Shown: positions 1 through 17,221 of the stretch, piece by piece | Layout of the letters: each line of letters begins with the position of its first letter | Numbering within the stretch: the stretch's first letter is position 1 | Source of the DNA: Eledone cirrhosa | Lineage: Eukaryota | Assembly (NCBI GenBank): GCA_964016885.1 | Contig: OZ024755.1 | Span: forward strand, 8,184,001 to 8,248,000 | Direction of reading: 5' to 3' | Length of the DNA stretch: 64,000 bases | Notes under the pieces: generated by a model | What the model was told of the DNA's origin: nothing | Database searches by the model: none | The model's input: the letters and a program-made list of their open reading frames with translations, nothing else | Program-made: the position numbers and the translations under genes

Positions 1-29
1 GTCTAACTGATTTTACCGCCTCCATTCTG

Positions 30-60
<31 letters not shown>

Positions 61-887
61 CATGAAATATATGAAATATAAGAATCAAAGAACTGTTCAA
101 AACATTTTTGTGCTTACAACTGTTTCCTCCAAACCGAGGTTTGGATTCTTCGGAGCAATTTATTAATGAATGGACAGTTATATGACCTCCTTTTCACCCA
201 AGAGAGGGAGGAAACAGTTATATATATATACATATATATATACATATATTTACACGGCAGTAAGTTATATCCTTGATCAAGATACTTTATGCAGCTTTTG
301 CTGGTTTCCGCTTGAGGGTGTGGGTGTGTGTTTGTCTTTGTCCCCCCTCCTCCCTTTCTGTGTATATTTGTTGCTTGTTTTGATGAAATTGTTCCGAAAT
401 TACAACTAAGGTTTAAGTCTGCTTTGTAATTAACTTGCAAGTGGCTGAGTATTCCAACAATATTGTAGCAATAACGTAGTTTTCAGAGAGAATCTGTGTA
501 AGAACTTAGTGAACTAGAACAATGTGATATAAAGTGTTTGGCTCAAGTACACAATACGTTGTCAGGAATCGAACTTATGACCATACGACCGTGAGCTGAA
601 AAAACTAAGATCTAAGTTTTCACAACTTTCTGAAGTATTGTGTCCTTTAATATGTATATGTACTCTTTCTTCTCATGAACAAAACACAGGAATGTAATTA
701 TATTATACATACATATATTTAAACGCAAACACACATACATGTATGTATTTGTGAGTGTGTTTATATATCCGTCTGTATATACTTTCTGTATGTATATAAA
801 CATCATAGCTTATATATAGTTATACTATTATCAATATTGAACTATGATTCCATTGTAGATACCAAGATCACTAGATATGAAGATAAC

Positions 888-940
<53 letters not shown>

Positions 941-941
941 G

Positions 942-977
<36 letters not shown>

Positions 978-1635
978 CTTTAATTTGACCGGACGTCAAG
1001 ATGTTGCCAGTTTAAAGGATTGCATTTTCTTAGTTATATTTGTAATCTTATGAAAACATATTTAGATGTAGTCTGTCTGGCGACCTTATTTGGCAGCCAT
1101 CTTAAATGAAAAACGACAAAACAAAGCTTGGGTACTTAATCACCAATCCTGTTGCTAAATAACCGCTATATCTATAAATCCCATCTGGGATCTAAAAGTG
1201 ATTCATTTGAAAAAGATATTTCATCTTTGTTATGAATGTCCAGAAGTGTAGAAATATTGGCTCGTTACCACATCGAAGTAGTAATATTTGATGTTGAATT
1301 GATATTGTTTCTTATTTTAAAAGATAAACTGCCATATGTTTCAATTAACTATATGTCATTGTGTTATTGTATGCTTAGTAATTGTTTAAACAACGAAGAT
1401 CTATTGAGAAATAAATGTAACGAATTTAAAAATAAACTGACCTCGACAGGATTTGAAATGGGAGTCAGAACATATACTGCAATGGCGTTTTATCCGGCAG
1501 TCAGTTATTCTGCTAATCCACCACGTTAACATATATCTTTAGAGAAAGTCCGCCATATTGTATTTGCTGACAGTAACGGTATTTTAAAATTGTTGTTAAT
1601 CTCAGTACAAATTATAAACCTCCCAAGAGAAATAT

Positions 1636-1680
<45 letters not shown>

Positions 1681-1716
1681 ATTAAACATTATATATATAC
1701 ACACACACAATTAAGC

Positions 1717-1763
<47 letters not shown>

Positions 1764-2353
1764 ATATATATACACATAGACATATATACATATATATAAA
1801 TAATTATATATATATATATATTGTATGTGTGCATGCGTGTATGTGTGTTTGTGTATATCTACCTACACACACATATATATGTATGTATTTACTTTCAATT
1901 TCTGTTTACAAACACGATAAAATGTATTAAATAGAATTCTATAAGTAAAAAAAATAAATACAACAGTTTGTGATTGAATATACATCAGGAATCAATTATA
2001 TTGATAATTTATATTGGACGACAACGAATTTATTGTATATTTAATTTTTTTTACTTAAACATTGTGAATAGAAAACAAGGTAAACAAACAATTGCACCTC
2101 TAAGATAAATCTGTGAGTATCCAGGGATTGAGAAATGCTACGAATTATTCATACATACTGTTGTATTCTTGTATTGATATTTCTCAGAAAAGAGACAAAA
2201 GAATGAAATGGAACAACGTCTGGTTTTATTCTCAAGAATGGTAAAAACCAAATAACATATCCTCTGTTGGTTTGGGGAGAAAGAAAAAATATATTCATAT
2301 TTATATATATATATATATTTTCTTCACACATTTGTACAAAGAAATTTGCATCT

Positions 2354-2354
<1 letters not shown>

Positions 2355-2425
<71 letters not shown>

Positions 2426-2476
2426 TATATACACATCTATATATATTCATGTATATATATAAATTTATATATATAT

Positions 2477-2557
<81 letters not shown>

Positions 2558-2603
2558 CATATATATATACATATCTATATATATTCATGTATATATATAA
2601 AAA

Positions 2604-2635
<32 letters not shown>

Positions 2636-2762
2636 CATATCTATATATATTCATGTATAATATATAAAAAAAAAAAAAAATATATATATATGTATATATA
2701 TATATACATATATATATACATATCTATATATATTGATGTATATATATAAATATATATATATA
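2355..2762. repeat. (TA)n-derived tract with a higher-order unit
   Basis: The unit catatctatatatattcatgtata recurs four times. Confidence 0.9.
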
Positions 2763-2814
2763 ACTGTCCTTGGAAAACCATTGTATTTATGTTTTCTGGT
2801 GGTTTGCTCGTGGG

Positions 2815-3020
2815 TGCAGAGTCCTCAAACATACCTTTCAGAAGAAACCGTCTCCAATTGATTTGGCTGGATCCGCAAACAAGACCAGCTCAACTCACAG
2901 ATGTTATCCAACCATCTTTCTCAGGTTTCTACCCCTAGGCCTCCTGTCAGTTGACTATTACTATTTCTCTAATAAAAAACGTGGCTTTCTCATATCTGTG
3001 ATGCCCAATAGATCTTTCAA
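2815..3020 (-). mobile_element. RTE-type LINE 3' coding fragment
   Basis: RRPRGR, frameshift, then RWLDNICELSWSCLRIQPNQLETVSSER; resembles the RTE C-terminal RPRGRP..RW motif. Confidence 0.55.
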
Positions 3021-3391
3021 AATATGATTTACATAAAATTGTTATTTTTTTTATACATATAAAATATATTATCAACCTAAGTAGATAACTTATAAACTTA
3101 TCATATCGATTTATAATTAATCATTATTCTTTCGTGTATTTTAAGAAGAAGAATTCTTATATCTTCTATATTTATACAGATGTATAAATATTGTTATTTT
3201 GAGTAAAACTAAATTTGAATAATTATGTAGAAAATGACTTAATCACTCCAAATAAACAGGAGAAGGGATCTCTGGTTGTTTCGACGATGATTCTTCCAAT
3301 TGTACGATCAGTGGAACATCCTCCTCCATATTCAGCCAACCAGCTAGCCAAATTACACACAAAAGGCTTGGATCGACGTGAGGCGTCGGCA

Positions 3392-3577
3392 AATAATTGT
3401 TTCTATTTTTGGCACAATGCCAGAAATTATCAGTATATTACTGGTACTTTATTTTATCGACCCCGTAAGGATGAAAGGCAAAATTAACCTTGGCAGGATT
3501 TGAACTCAGAACATAAAGGGCCATAACTCTATGCTACAAAGCATAGTGTCTGACGCTCTACCGATTCTGCCAATCCA
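3392..3577 (-). mobile_element. tRNA-derived SINE, family A (short subtype)
   Basis: On minus: A-box-like TGGCAGAATCGG, B-box GAGTTCAAATCC, body gcctttcatccttacggggtcgataaaataaagtaccag, ATT tail. Confidence 0.85.
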
Positions 3578-4842
3578 AATAGTACTGACCAAAGACGCTG
3601 AGCGAACTTCCTAACTATTCGGACATGCTGCATCCATCTTGTGTTAGGATAAAACACAAAATACAAAAATCTATATAGTAATTCTGAAACGCTTTCCTCA
3701 AGCCCATAGTGAATACGTAATTTTAATGTTAACAGCCGACAGTATATTTAGATATATACAGTGTTGTAGCAGAAGACGGTGTGATAATATATTGATCATT
3801 AGAACTCAATGTACATAAAAACAAGAAAACATTTTGACAGCCAGATAAAACAAAGTATCGCTACTTCTATTCAATATATCAAATATATTCAACAATCATA
3901 TTTTCTTTTACGAGCTGAATCAAATACATGATTGAGACTGGGATTTGAACATCTAATTCACATAATCAATATTCAATATCTTTACTTGGAAACATCATCT
4001 CAGCAGTAGTATTGTTAAAGATGTATCTACTGAAACCTACACCATATAATGTTTAGCATAAAGGTTATATTCGCCAAGTATCAAATATAAATTACTTAAG
4101 AGTAAGACTTTTTCCAATAAAAACAAATCTATATTTATAAAAAGCAGATTTGTAACCGATAGACAGTATACTCTTCTATTTTTAAAATAGACTTTAATTC
4201 CCAAAACTACCGTGGCGAACGAACTATTTCCCAAAGCAACAGGACTGCAGTTGATGTTGAAATTAAATAATATCTCTTGAACAAATCTTTTTAGTTTATT
4301 TTACCCAATTGTATTTACCGTCTATATTTCCTGGAAGATATATAATATCCAACTTTATCTTGCCAGAATCGTAAAAACGTCAGATCAAATAGCTTGTATT
4401 TGTTTCGGCTCGCTGCGTTCTGTGAACAAATCCCACAGATGTAAACTTCTCCTTTCGTCCCTTACGGGTTCGATAACTAATATCCTAAACTAGTGAGAGT
4501 GAACTCGTGGAAGTGTTAATGAGTTGGAAAGGATGCTTTGCTACAGCAGAATTGCTTCAGAGAAGAAAGACCTCTCCTGCAAGTGTAAGAGCCGAAACAT
4601 TTGTACGAACGGGGTATTTTATCTGAAGACCAACTGTAAGTCAAATTATACAGAATACAAACAGATGTTGAAGTCATAAGACCGGAGTTTTCTATTTAAA
4701 TATTAAATGTTTCTCGTGTTACTCAGTAGGAAGCCAAAATCTAATATTCGGCAAAGATGACCAAAAGTATCTTAATTCAATTGGATTTACGAATATTATT
4801 ATTGTGCCAAACTATTTACCACCCGTTTCTTAAAACATGCAA

Positions 4843-4844
<2 letters not shown>

Positions 4845-4926
<82 letters not shown>

Positions 4927-4965
4927 ATTTATATACATATGCATTCATACTTATATATGCAAATA

Positions 4966-5013
<48 letters not shown>

Positions 5014-5188
5014 CATATATATATACATATATATATATACATATATAAATATACATATACATATACATGCATATATATATACATATATATATATACATAT
5101 ATAAATATACATATACATATATACATATATATACATATACATATATACATATATATATATACATATACATATATACATATATATATAC

Positions 5189-5237
<49 letters not shown>

Positions 5238-5308
5238 CATATATATACATATATATATATATACATACGTACATATATACATACATACATATATACATAC
5301 ATACATAC

Positions 5309-5348
<40 letters not shown>
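4845..5348. repeat. (GT)n plus interrupted (TA)n tract
   Basis: Direct inspection. Confidence 0.95.
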
Positions 5349-5351
<3 letters not shown>

Positions 5352-6301
5352 CCTACGATAACCACACGTTCCCACAGATATAAAAACACACAAAAACACA
5401 CAAAAACACACCAACGCACACACACTAATATATATACATGAAGGATCCAATTTCATTCCGTATTCAATGGATTAGAATCACAATTTATATTGCTTGGTTG
5501 TATCACAAAAAAATAAAAATAATAAAAAAGAATAGGAATGAAATTACATAAGAACTTAAAAAAAAATTTCTTTCGTATCATTTAAATATTTGCAGTCTCA
5601 AAAGAGATTTTAACGTTGCCAGATAAAATGAAGATTAGTAAACCTATCCCCATAACCTGTATATCGTAATATAAGTAAGTTTCTTTGAGTTCTCCATTTT
5701 ATTTTTGTTTGTTTACTGTTGACTTTTCCTATATTATCTTCCATGATACACAGAACGTAAAAATATATTCTATACTTCCCCTGCAGACCTCATTTTTTTA
5801 ATGCTATGAAAATCAATATTTTCTAATGTACATAGCTAAATATAATACATTAAACAGCTTTAAGATATCTAGATCAGAATCCAGTGAACCAGAACAAATA
5901 CTGCAAGGTATTTATTCCTAGGTCTACACCAGAAAGGTCCTCCTTATGGCCTTTCATCATGTCGTAGTCGTTAAAGAAAATAACATGTTCTGCTGGAGCA
6001 AGGGTAGAGAGGTTACCTGTATCAGCTCTCAATTGTAAAAAAAGTTTAACCCTTTAAGGAGAGCATAGACCATACTAACAATCAGAGTCGATTGCGCATG
6101 AAGACCATATTTTAGTAGTAAGTAAATATATATTTGTTTCTTGAACCCTTTTGACCATATTTTGCTGTATAGTGTTTAAAATCAATATTTTCCTTTATAT
6201 ATGGAAATATTATTGATGAGGATTCGTTGAGGTATTTAGTTATGCTTAGTTCAGCCTTATTTGGAATTGTTCCTTTAGGCTTCCAAACCCCATCTTTTAT
6301 T

Positions 6302-6950
6302 AATAATGATTTCTACTGTAGGCACAAGGGTAGAAATTTAAAAGGGAGGAGAAAATCGATTAAATCGACCCCAGCGCTTGACTGATACTTTATTTTATCG
6401 ACCTCGTAAGGATAAAAGGCAAAACAAACCTCGGCGGGAGTTGAACTCAGAATGTAAAGGGCCGTAGCTCTATGCCAAAAAGCAGAGTGTCCGACGCTCT
6501 ACCGATTCAGCCAATTCTTCTATTAATAATTGTTTCTACTTTTGGCACAAGGCCAGCAATTATCACAGTGCATTCATGGTACTTTATTTTATGGACCCCG
6601 TAAGGATGAAAGGCAAAGTTAACCTCGACGGGATTTGAACTCAGATCATAAAGGGGAATAACTCTATGTTGCAAAGCATGGCGTCCAACCCTCTACCGAT
6701 ACTGCCAATCCATCGACCTTCTATTAATAATGGTTTCTTATATAGGCACAAGGTCAGTAATTTGGGGGGAGGGGAAAATCGATTAAATCGATCCCAGTGC
6801 GTTACTGGTACTATATTTTATCGACCCCATAAGGATGAAAGGCAAAGTTAACCTCGGCGGGATTTGAACTCAAATCATAAAGAGCCGTAACTATTTGCTG
6901 CAAAGCATGGCGTCCAACCCTCTACCGATACTCCCAATCCATTGCCCTTC
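6302..6950 (-). mobile_element. Tandem trimer of SINE family A (long, short, long)
   Basis: Copies at ~6302-6516, 6525-6717 and 6725-6950, separated by a repeated cttctattaataat. Confidence 0.85.
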
Positions 6951-7396
6951 TATTAATAATAAAAATAATATGATAAAGATGTTTATGATGATGATGGTGA
7001 TGATACCAAAGCTAGACGGAGAAGTAGATATACCAATGTAAAGAGAAATTAGGCCAGCATATAAAAGTTCCCATTTCTATTGACATTGTGTTTAGTCAGC
7101 AGACAGACGAGTTGAAGACATACTACCTAATCTTCATGTCTAAATATATATGCATAAGAACAAATGCAGCGATCAAAATTTCCCCACCACTACCATCATC
7201 ACCACTACGAAAATCGGCTTCAATAACAACATCACAATCAACATCATTGTCATAATTAAATCCCATCGTCTTCACCACGATCTTCGTTATTATCCTCATC
7301 CTCATCTTCCAGTTCTAAATACGTTTTTAGTAGCTCGAAGAGTGAAACTGAAATTGTATTGAAAGCTATCAACTATTATATTGTCGTCTTACACAT

Positions 7397-8230
<834 letters not shown>

Positions 8231-8231
8231 C

Positions 8232-8686
8232 TTAAAATAACAGATTAAAGTTTAAGCAAAGAATCGCTGCTTTCACCCTTAACGGGATCTTCTGAAACTA
8301 ACAAAGTCAATCTGTGAACGAAGAAGTGAATATTTCAAAAAACCTTGCAACCGGAGGAAGACAAGAAGTCGATACTTTGGATCGTGGAAACGTTCCCGGG
8401 CAAAGAACGTGAAAAAAAACCGAATATAATACGTCATTATTTGGAGCGGTGAAAAACAATTACACGCAACGACAGAACCACGTTTATGGTATAAAAGAAG
8501 TCGTAGACTAATATTCTATTAAGTGGTTCATAGAGACGTTCTCTGGCAATGAACGGAAAAAACGAAGATAATACGTCATATGTGGAGCGGGGAAGAACAA
8601 TTGCACGCAAAGACAATACCACGTAAACGGTATAACTGAAGTCGTAGCCCTCTTTGGATTTTAGTCTTCAAATTTATTATTATTAC

Positions 8687-8690
<4 letters not shown>
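8232..8690. mobile_element. Family B element with inverted 5' part and ~350 bp internal insert
   Basis: 8232-8299 is the reverse complement of ~37150-37217. 8647-8690 matches the 3' end gccctctttggattttagtcttcaaatttattattattacta. Flanked by (TA)n on both sides. Confidence 0.7.
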
Positions 8691-8717
<27 letters not shown>

Positions 8718-8875
8718 AGATCAAAAGATGGTTAAAAGAGTTCTATGTATTTTATTATGCGCATTTCAAAAACAAATATCATCATGCAATAACATTTGCA
8801 TTTTCGTCAGATAAAATAGGGAGACGTGATATGAAGGTTAAAACACACTTGTGAATAGTGCAGTTTTAAATCAAC

Positions 8876-8891
8876 ATATATAAATATATAA

Positions 8892-8938
<47 letters not shown>

Positions 8939-9215
8939 TATATAAATATATATATAAATATAAATATATATAAATATATATACATATATATAAATATATA
9001 TAAATATACATAAATATATATATAAATATATATAAATATATATATAAATATATTTATATATAAATATATATAAATATATATAATTAAGTTATTTGTTTTT
9101 AAATATATATAAATATATATATAAATATATTTATATATAAATATATATAAATATATATAAATATATATATAAATATATTTATATATAAATATATATAAAT
9201 ATATATATATATATT

Positions 9216-9247
<32 letters not shown>

Positions 9248-9292
9248 AATATATATATATATATTATATATATATATATATATAAATATATA
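8876..9292. repeat. Interrupted (TA)n tract
   Basis: Direct inspection. Confidence 0.9.
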
Positions 9293-9454
9293 ATTTGATA
9301 TATCTCATATGAAATGATACAACCAATTTTCCACACAATACAATTAGTTAGCACCCCGAACGTTTAATTAGGTATATACTCAGGTATTTCCTAATGTTTG
9401 TTGAGTGAGCTGGAATTTGGCCGGAGTATCGCTTTTAGCTTTCTCCGATTATGT

Positions 9455-9497
<43 letters not shown>

Positions 9498-9535
9498 AAA
9501 GAATAGAGGTGTAACACACAAGTTATTATATATTG

Positions 9536-9907
9536 GTAAACGGAATAGAAAATGCTGACAAATTGTTCACAGTTGAAAAATGGTTTAATTAGGAATAAAA
9601 GAGTATTAGTGATTGTATGGGTTAGTATTCAGTTGTGGTTTTAAAAGTTTTTACCGGTTGCGCATTTCTAAATGCTTTTCAAAAATAATTTTGAGATAGA
9701 GTGTCCGTGCTGTTTGCTCTGATCAGAGCAAACAGCACGGACACTCTATCTCAAAATTTTTTTTGAAAAGCATTTAGAATTGCGCAACCGGTAAAAACTT
9801 TTAAAACCACAACTGAATACTAACCCATACAATCACTAATACTCTTTTATTCCTAATTAAACCATTTTTCAACTGTGAACAATTTGTCAGCATTTTCTAT
9901 TCCGTTT

Positions 9908-9909
<2 letters not shown>
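9536..9909. repeat. 374 bp spacer-less palindrome (187 bp arms) within (TA)n
   Basis: Centre ctctga|tcagag at 9722/9723. I find two mismatches between the arms. Each arm carries a decayed hammerhead-like motif (9759-9797 on plus). Confidence 0.95.
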
Positions 9910-9975
<66 letters not shown>

Positions 9976-10587
9976 TATAAACATAAATACACGCGCACAC
10001 ACAAACACATGTATATATATATGTATTATATATTTGTGTGTTTGTGCGAGTGTGAGTGTATATATATATATATAAATACATACACACACACATATATATA
10101 TATATTTATATATATATATACACACACACATATATATATAAATACATACACACACACATATATATATATATTTATATATATATATATATATACATATAGG
10201 ACAATTGGATTAAAGAAAATAATCACTAGCTTTTTATAATATATCTCTTTATATAAAAATAAAACCAGTTCGCCCAATGCTTACATATATAAAGAAATTA
10301 TTGGATTTTAAATTGCGTAGTTTTGAATCTGCATAAGTACTTCGTATCGCAACAGCAGAATGCTCAGTCACTTGTATTTTAATTCCATGTCCTATATAAC
10401 ACTCTTCATCGCAACCGAAGAAGGTCCAACACACTTCATAATGGGGCAGAATCATTAGACAGCCAGCAAAACATTGCGAGTGCTAATCCGTCTGAGGTTA
10501 AATTTGTATTTTTTAACCTTCATGTACTGGGGCTATTTCTCTCTCCATCTCTCTCTCTCTCTGTCTGTATATATATAAATATATATA

Positions 10588-10958
<371 letters not shown>

Positions 10959-13851
10959 ACGCAAGTGCAAGTTTCTAATAGAAGTGTCACTTTATATCTC
11001 ATCAGTGTATTCAGAGAGCGCTTAGATGATATCAAAGTGTGACGTTAATCAGTGTAAGGGTTAACGATTAGCTGAACATTTAACTTGTCTTTTAGAAATG
11101 TAACCTATATTTTATATTCTTTTCATCGAAAACATTAAACCGTTAGATTACAGATAATTATTGATTTGTGCTTCGACATTTTATCAATGTAGTCACTTTT
11201 AAAATCCTATTTAAATCACCTAGAATAGCTGTCAATCAAAAAGTAATTTAAACTACGAAGATAATTTCACTATATATAAAATACAAAAAAGTAAAATATA
11301 TATAAAGGATTTAAATTAAGAATTTGAATATAAAGAACTTATAAAATATTCACCTTATTTCACTTTAAAGGTTGTAATCATCATCTTTTGAATCTTTTAT
11401 GGTAGAACATCTTTGCTGGAGTAAATTGGCAATTGATTTTCCGGTATGGTCATACATTACTAAAGGGGAAAATAAAATAATACACGAACTACATTATATT
11501 TTGATTTAAGTGTGACGTAAATAATCCAAAGATTTAGAGCATAAAATACTAGTAATATGTAGGCAGTGAAAGGTTGTAGATTGGCAAATTTGATAGAGAA
11601 TCGGATAAAATGACATTGTGGTATGTGTTCTGTTGTTTTTGTATTCTGAATTCAAATCCTGCCAAGGGCAATTTTGCCATTCATCCATTTGGATCAGATA
11701 AACACACTTCGCTATTAAAACCTATTGTTTCGGTAATTAGATTGTGGCTCCGCTGGACTCGGGTTTGAATTGATTTAGTCAAACATATCGAACTCATTAC
11801 TTAGATTCTCATGTCTAATACTTATTTTATTGATTACCTTTTGTTGAATTCCTAGGTTACGGGGCATAAACAAACAGTAAATGTGAACATAGATTCACAT
11901 ATTTTTTTCGTGGTTTTGTTCCTGGTGACTTCCTTGCGCAAGAGCTCTTATGCGAGAGCTCAGACTAATGTGGGATCTACTCTCATAGTCGCTGATATCC
12001 CACCTGTTGTTTGTTTACTCTCGATGAGGTTTAAGTGGTGTCTTGCGCACGTTGGCGCTCAAATATTCCACAAATCCACCGCTTTCACATTAGAGTTTGA
12101 TAATACTGTGAATACATCAGTCAGTATCTAATTTCATGTGTGTCTATGCTGTAGTTAATATCTCATTAAAAATAAATAACGATATATGTTATACATTGAC
12201 TTTATATATATTGTGCAATGCTTTACTTGTTGAAAATAGTTTTTTTTTATGTTTTTGTGGCTACATTGCTGTTCACAAATAGTTGGACTTGTTTACAATA
12301 AAGCAATGTAATCATTGAAGAAAAAAACCAACAAGAAAAAAATGTTGTAAAATCTATATTATATAGAAACATATATTTTGATGAATAGACTTCCGAGATT
12401 AGATTGTGGTGCTGTCGGTGGGGGAAATAAACACACCTGAGATTAAATCGATGAATAATTAATGGTAAATTAATTCCAACAGACGCACGAAGCTTATTAT
12501 AAGAAGGTAGATCGAATCAGCTGTAATTAAATGAAATATATTCTCAACACATAAGTGAAATGATATCTTTAATAGAAAGCCGATAAAATAATCGCAAGAC
12601 TGCTCCATCATAATTATTTCATTAATTAACCTTTTGCTTACTTTTCGGATCACTTACCTTTATCCAGGGAGGTGTCTAGAACATATAATATAGATTTGAT
12701 AAAATTGACGAATACCGTTTCTATGCTTATGTACTATTTCAGAAGAGTTAAGATCGATATATAACTAACTAGTAAGTACCACCATTTTACACTATATACA
12801 TTATTTTCGTATGAAGAAAATAATTATCTCACGGCTTTGCTTTAAATTCATCTGCAATAAAAGAAATAGTTGAAGCAATTAACAGTTCTTATAATAAACC
12901 TTTTATCCTTGTAATTATTGCTATCTGTGTGTATACACACAAAAGTTTTCTTGGCGTATTGATGTTGTAATAGAATACAAGAAAGTATTCAGATAAAATA
13001 TTTTACTAGAGAATAAACGTCCTTTGTGATCTTGGAAGTACGTTAAAACGAATCAATTCTAATCATAAGAGTTGTTTTAAGTTTTTCATCAATCAGCTTG
13101 AAACAATATCCTGCAATTTATTATTGACGATAGCCAGATCAGACCAAGGACACAATGCTTCCATTGGTGTTTATAATGCTGATACTATCTATTGGCCACA
13201 CCTCATGGAAGGAGGCATGGTTTGATCTTAATATCAGTAGGAAAAGAACTGGATGCCATACCGCAAAGCATCTTGCACGACTTTTACCCATTTCCGCCAT
13301 TTCACCGCATCTCAACAAGTTTCTACCAACACAAAAATCTTTTGCATTATAAATGCTAATAAATACTTACGCAGCAACCACGTTCTGTTACAGTGTTACT
13401 ATTTACGATAATATCTCGCAAATTTGTTACTTGTAAAGCTCTGGGTAAATTTGATTGAGAATATTCTATCTAACATGTCAGAACATATAATACCTGGGTG
13501 ATTAATAAATATTATCTTTATTGCTTTATATCAATCTCATTATTTATATTGCCAAGTGACATTAAGACAGAATCACATGCACAAGATGTAATTAAGTGAT
13601 AGGTTACTTATACTTGCATGTTAACCTTTCCAAAGGAAAATTAACTTCAATGTCAGAATATCTCTTGCGTAAGTTGTTTATGATATACTTATACATTTAA
13701 TCTAATTTCTCCTCTAAAGATATCGTTTAGATTGAAAATTCTATAAAAATAAAAACGTTATCTCGTTAAGAGATTTGCAAGTCATTCATATAAGTTAAAA
13801 CATTTTCGTTGTCACAATGGTTTACGATTACACTCAACAATCAAATATACG

Positions 13852-13922
<71 letters not shown>

Positions 13923-13923
13923 T

Positions 13924-13974
<51 letters not shown>

Positions 13975-13996
13975 TATATATATATAAATATATATA

Positions 13997-14065
<69 letters not shown>

Positions 14066-14580
14066 TATATATATATATATATATATAATAATATATATAT
14101 ATATATATATATAAATAATATATATATATATATATATATATAAATAATATATATATATATATATATATAGATAATATATATATATATATATATATAAATA
14201 ATATATATATATATATATATATAGATAATATATATATATATATATATAAATAATATATATAAATATATATATAAATAATATATATATAATATATATAAAT
14301 AATATATATATATATATATAAATAATATATATATATATATATATAAATAATATATATATATATATATATATAAATAATATATATATATATATATATAAAT
14401 AATATATATATATATATAAATAATATATATATATATATAAATAATATATATATATATATATAAATAATATATATATATATATAAATAATATATATATATA
14501 AATAATATTTATATATATATAAATAATATATATATATATATAAATAATATATATATATATATAAATAATATATATATATA

Positions 14581-14616
<36 letters not shown>

Positions 14617-14667
14617 TATATATATATATATATATATATAAATAATATATATATATATATAATATAT

Positions 14668-14711
<44 letters not shown>

Positions 14712-14721
14712 TATATAAATA

Positions 14722-14753
<32 letters not shown>

Positions 14754-14767
14754 AATATATATAAATA

Positions 14768-14991
<224 letters not shown>

Positions 14992-15015
14992 TATTTATAT
15001 ATATTTATATATAAA

Positions 15016-15144
<129 letters not shown>

Positions 15145-15299
15145 TATTTATATATATTTATATATATAAATATATATAAATAATATATATATATATATAT
15201 ATATATAAATAATATATATATATATATATATATATAAATAATATATATATATATATATAGCGAGGGAAAAGTGGTAAGGAACCAGGTGGACCAATGTGG

Positions 15300-15379
<80 letters not shown>

Positions 15380-15387
15380 CCATATAC

Positions 15388-15528
<141 letters not shown>

Positions 15529-15533
15529 CATAC

Positions 15534-15587
<54 letters not shown>

Positions 15588-15606
15588 ATATATATATACA
15601 TATCAC

Positions 15607-15655
<49 letters not shown>

Positions 15656-15730
15656 CATATACATATATATATATATATACAAATATATATATACATACAT
15701 ATATATATATATATACAAATATATATATAC

Positions 15731-15761
<31 letters not shown>

Positions 15762-15784
15762 CATATATATACATATATATATAC

Positions 15785-15921
<137 letters not shown>

Positions 15922-15924
15922 TAC

Positions 15925-15980
<56 letters not shown>

Positions 15981-16034
15981 ATAGATATAGATATACATAT
16001 ATGTATATATATACATATATATATACATATATAC

Positions 16035-16205
<171 letters not shown>

Positions 16206-16206
16206 C

Positions 16207-16293
<87 letters not shown>

Positions 16294-16359
16294 CATATAT
16301 ATATAACATATATATATACATATATATATATATACATATATACATATATACATATATAC

Positions 16360-16404
<45 letters not shown>

Positions 16405-16405
16405 A

Positions 16406-16506
<101 letters not shown>

Positions 16507-16507
16507 C

Positions 16508-16538
<31 letters not shown>

Positions 16539-16559
16539 CATATATATATACATATATCC

Positions 16560-16590
<31 letters not shown>

Positions 16591-16653
16591 CATATATATA
16601 TACATATATATATACATATATATATATACATATATATACATATATATATATAC

Positions 16654-16703
<50 letters not shown>

Positions 16704-16761
16704 TATATACATATATATATATATACATATATATATATACATATATATATATATTATATAC

Positions 16762-16792
<31 letters not shown>

Positions 16793-16891
16793 CATATATA
16801 TATATATATATATTATACATATACATATATACATATATATATATACATATACATATATAATATATATATATACATATATGTATATATATGC

Positions 16892-16961
<70 letters not shown>

Positions 16962-17018
16962 ATATACACATATGTATATATATGCATGTATACATACATA
17001 TATATATATATTTATTTA

Positions 17019-17142
17019 TTAAAATACCAGATTAAAGTTTAAGCAAAGAATCGCTCCTTTCACCCTTAACGGGATCTTCTGAAACTAACCAGTAATGCAC
17101 TGGAATAATTGCTGGCCTTGTGTCAAAAGTAGCAACAATTAT

Positions 17143-17147
<5 letters not shown>
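17019..17147. mobile_element. Chimera of inverted family B segment and SINE 3' end
   Basis: aaaataccagattaaag...ttctgaaact is followed directly by accagtaatgcactggaataattgctggccttgtgtcaaaagtagcaacaattattacta. Confidence 0.7.

Positions 17148-17221
<74 letters not shown>

Noticed and set aside
6291-6960. CRISPR-like repeat-spacer pattern
   Set aside because: The spacers are homologous ~200 bp SINE copies and the repeats are target-site duplications; no cas genes.
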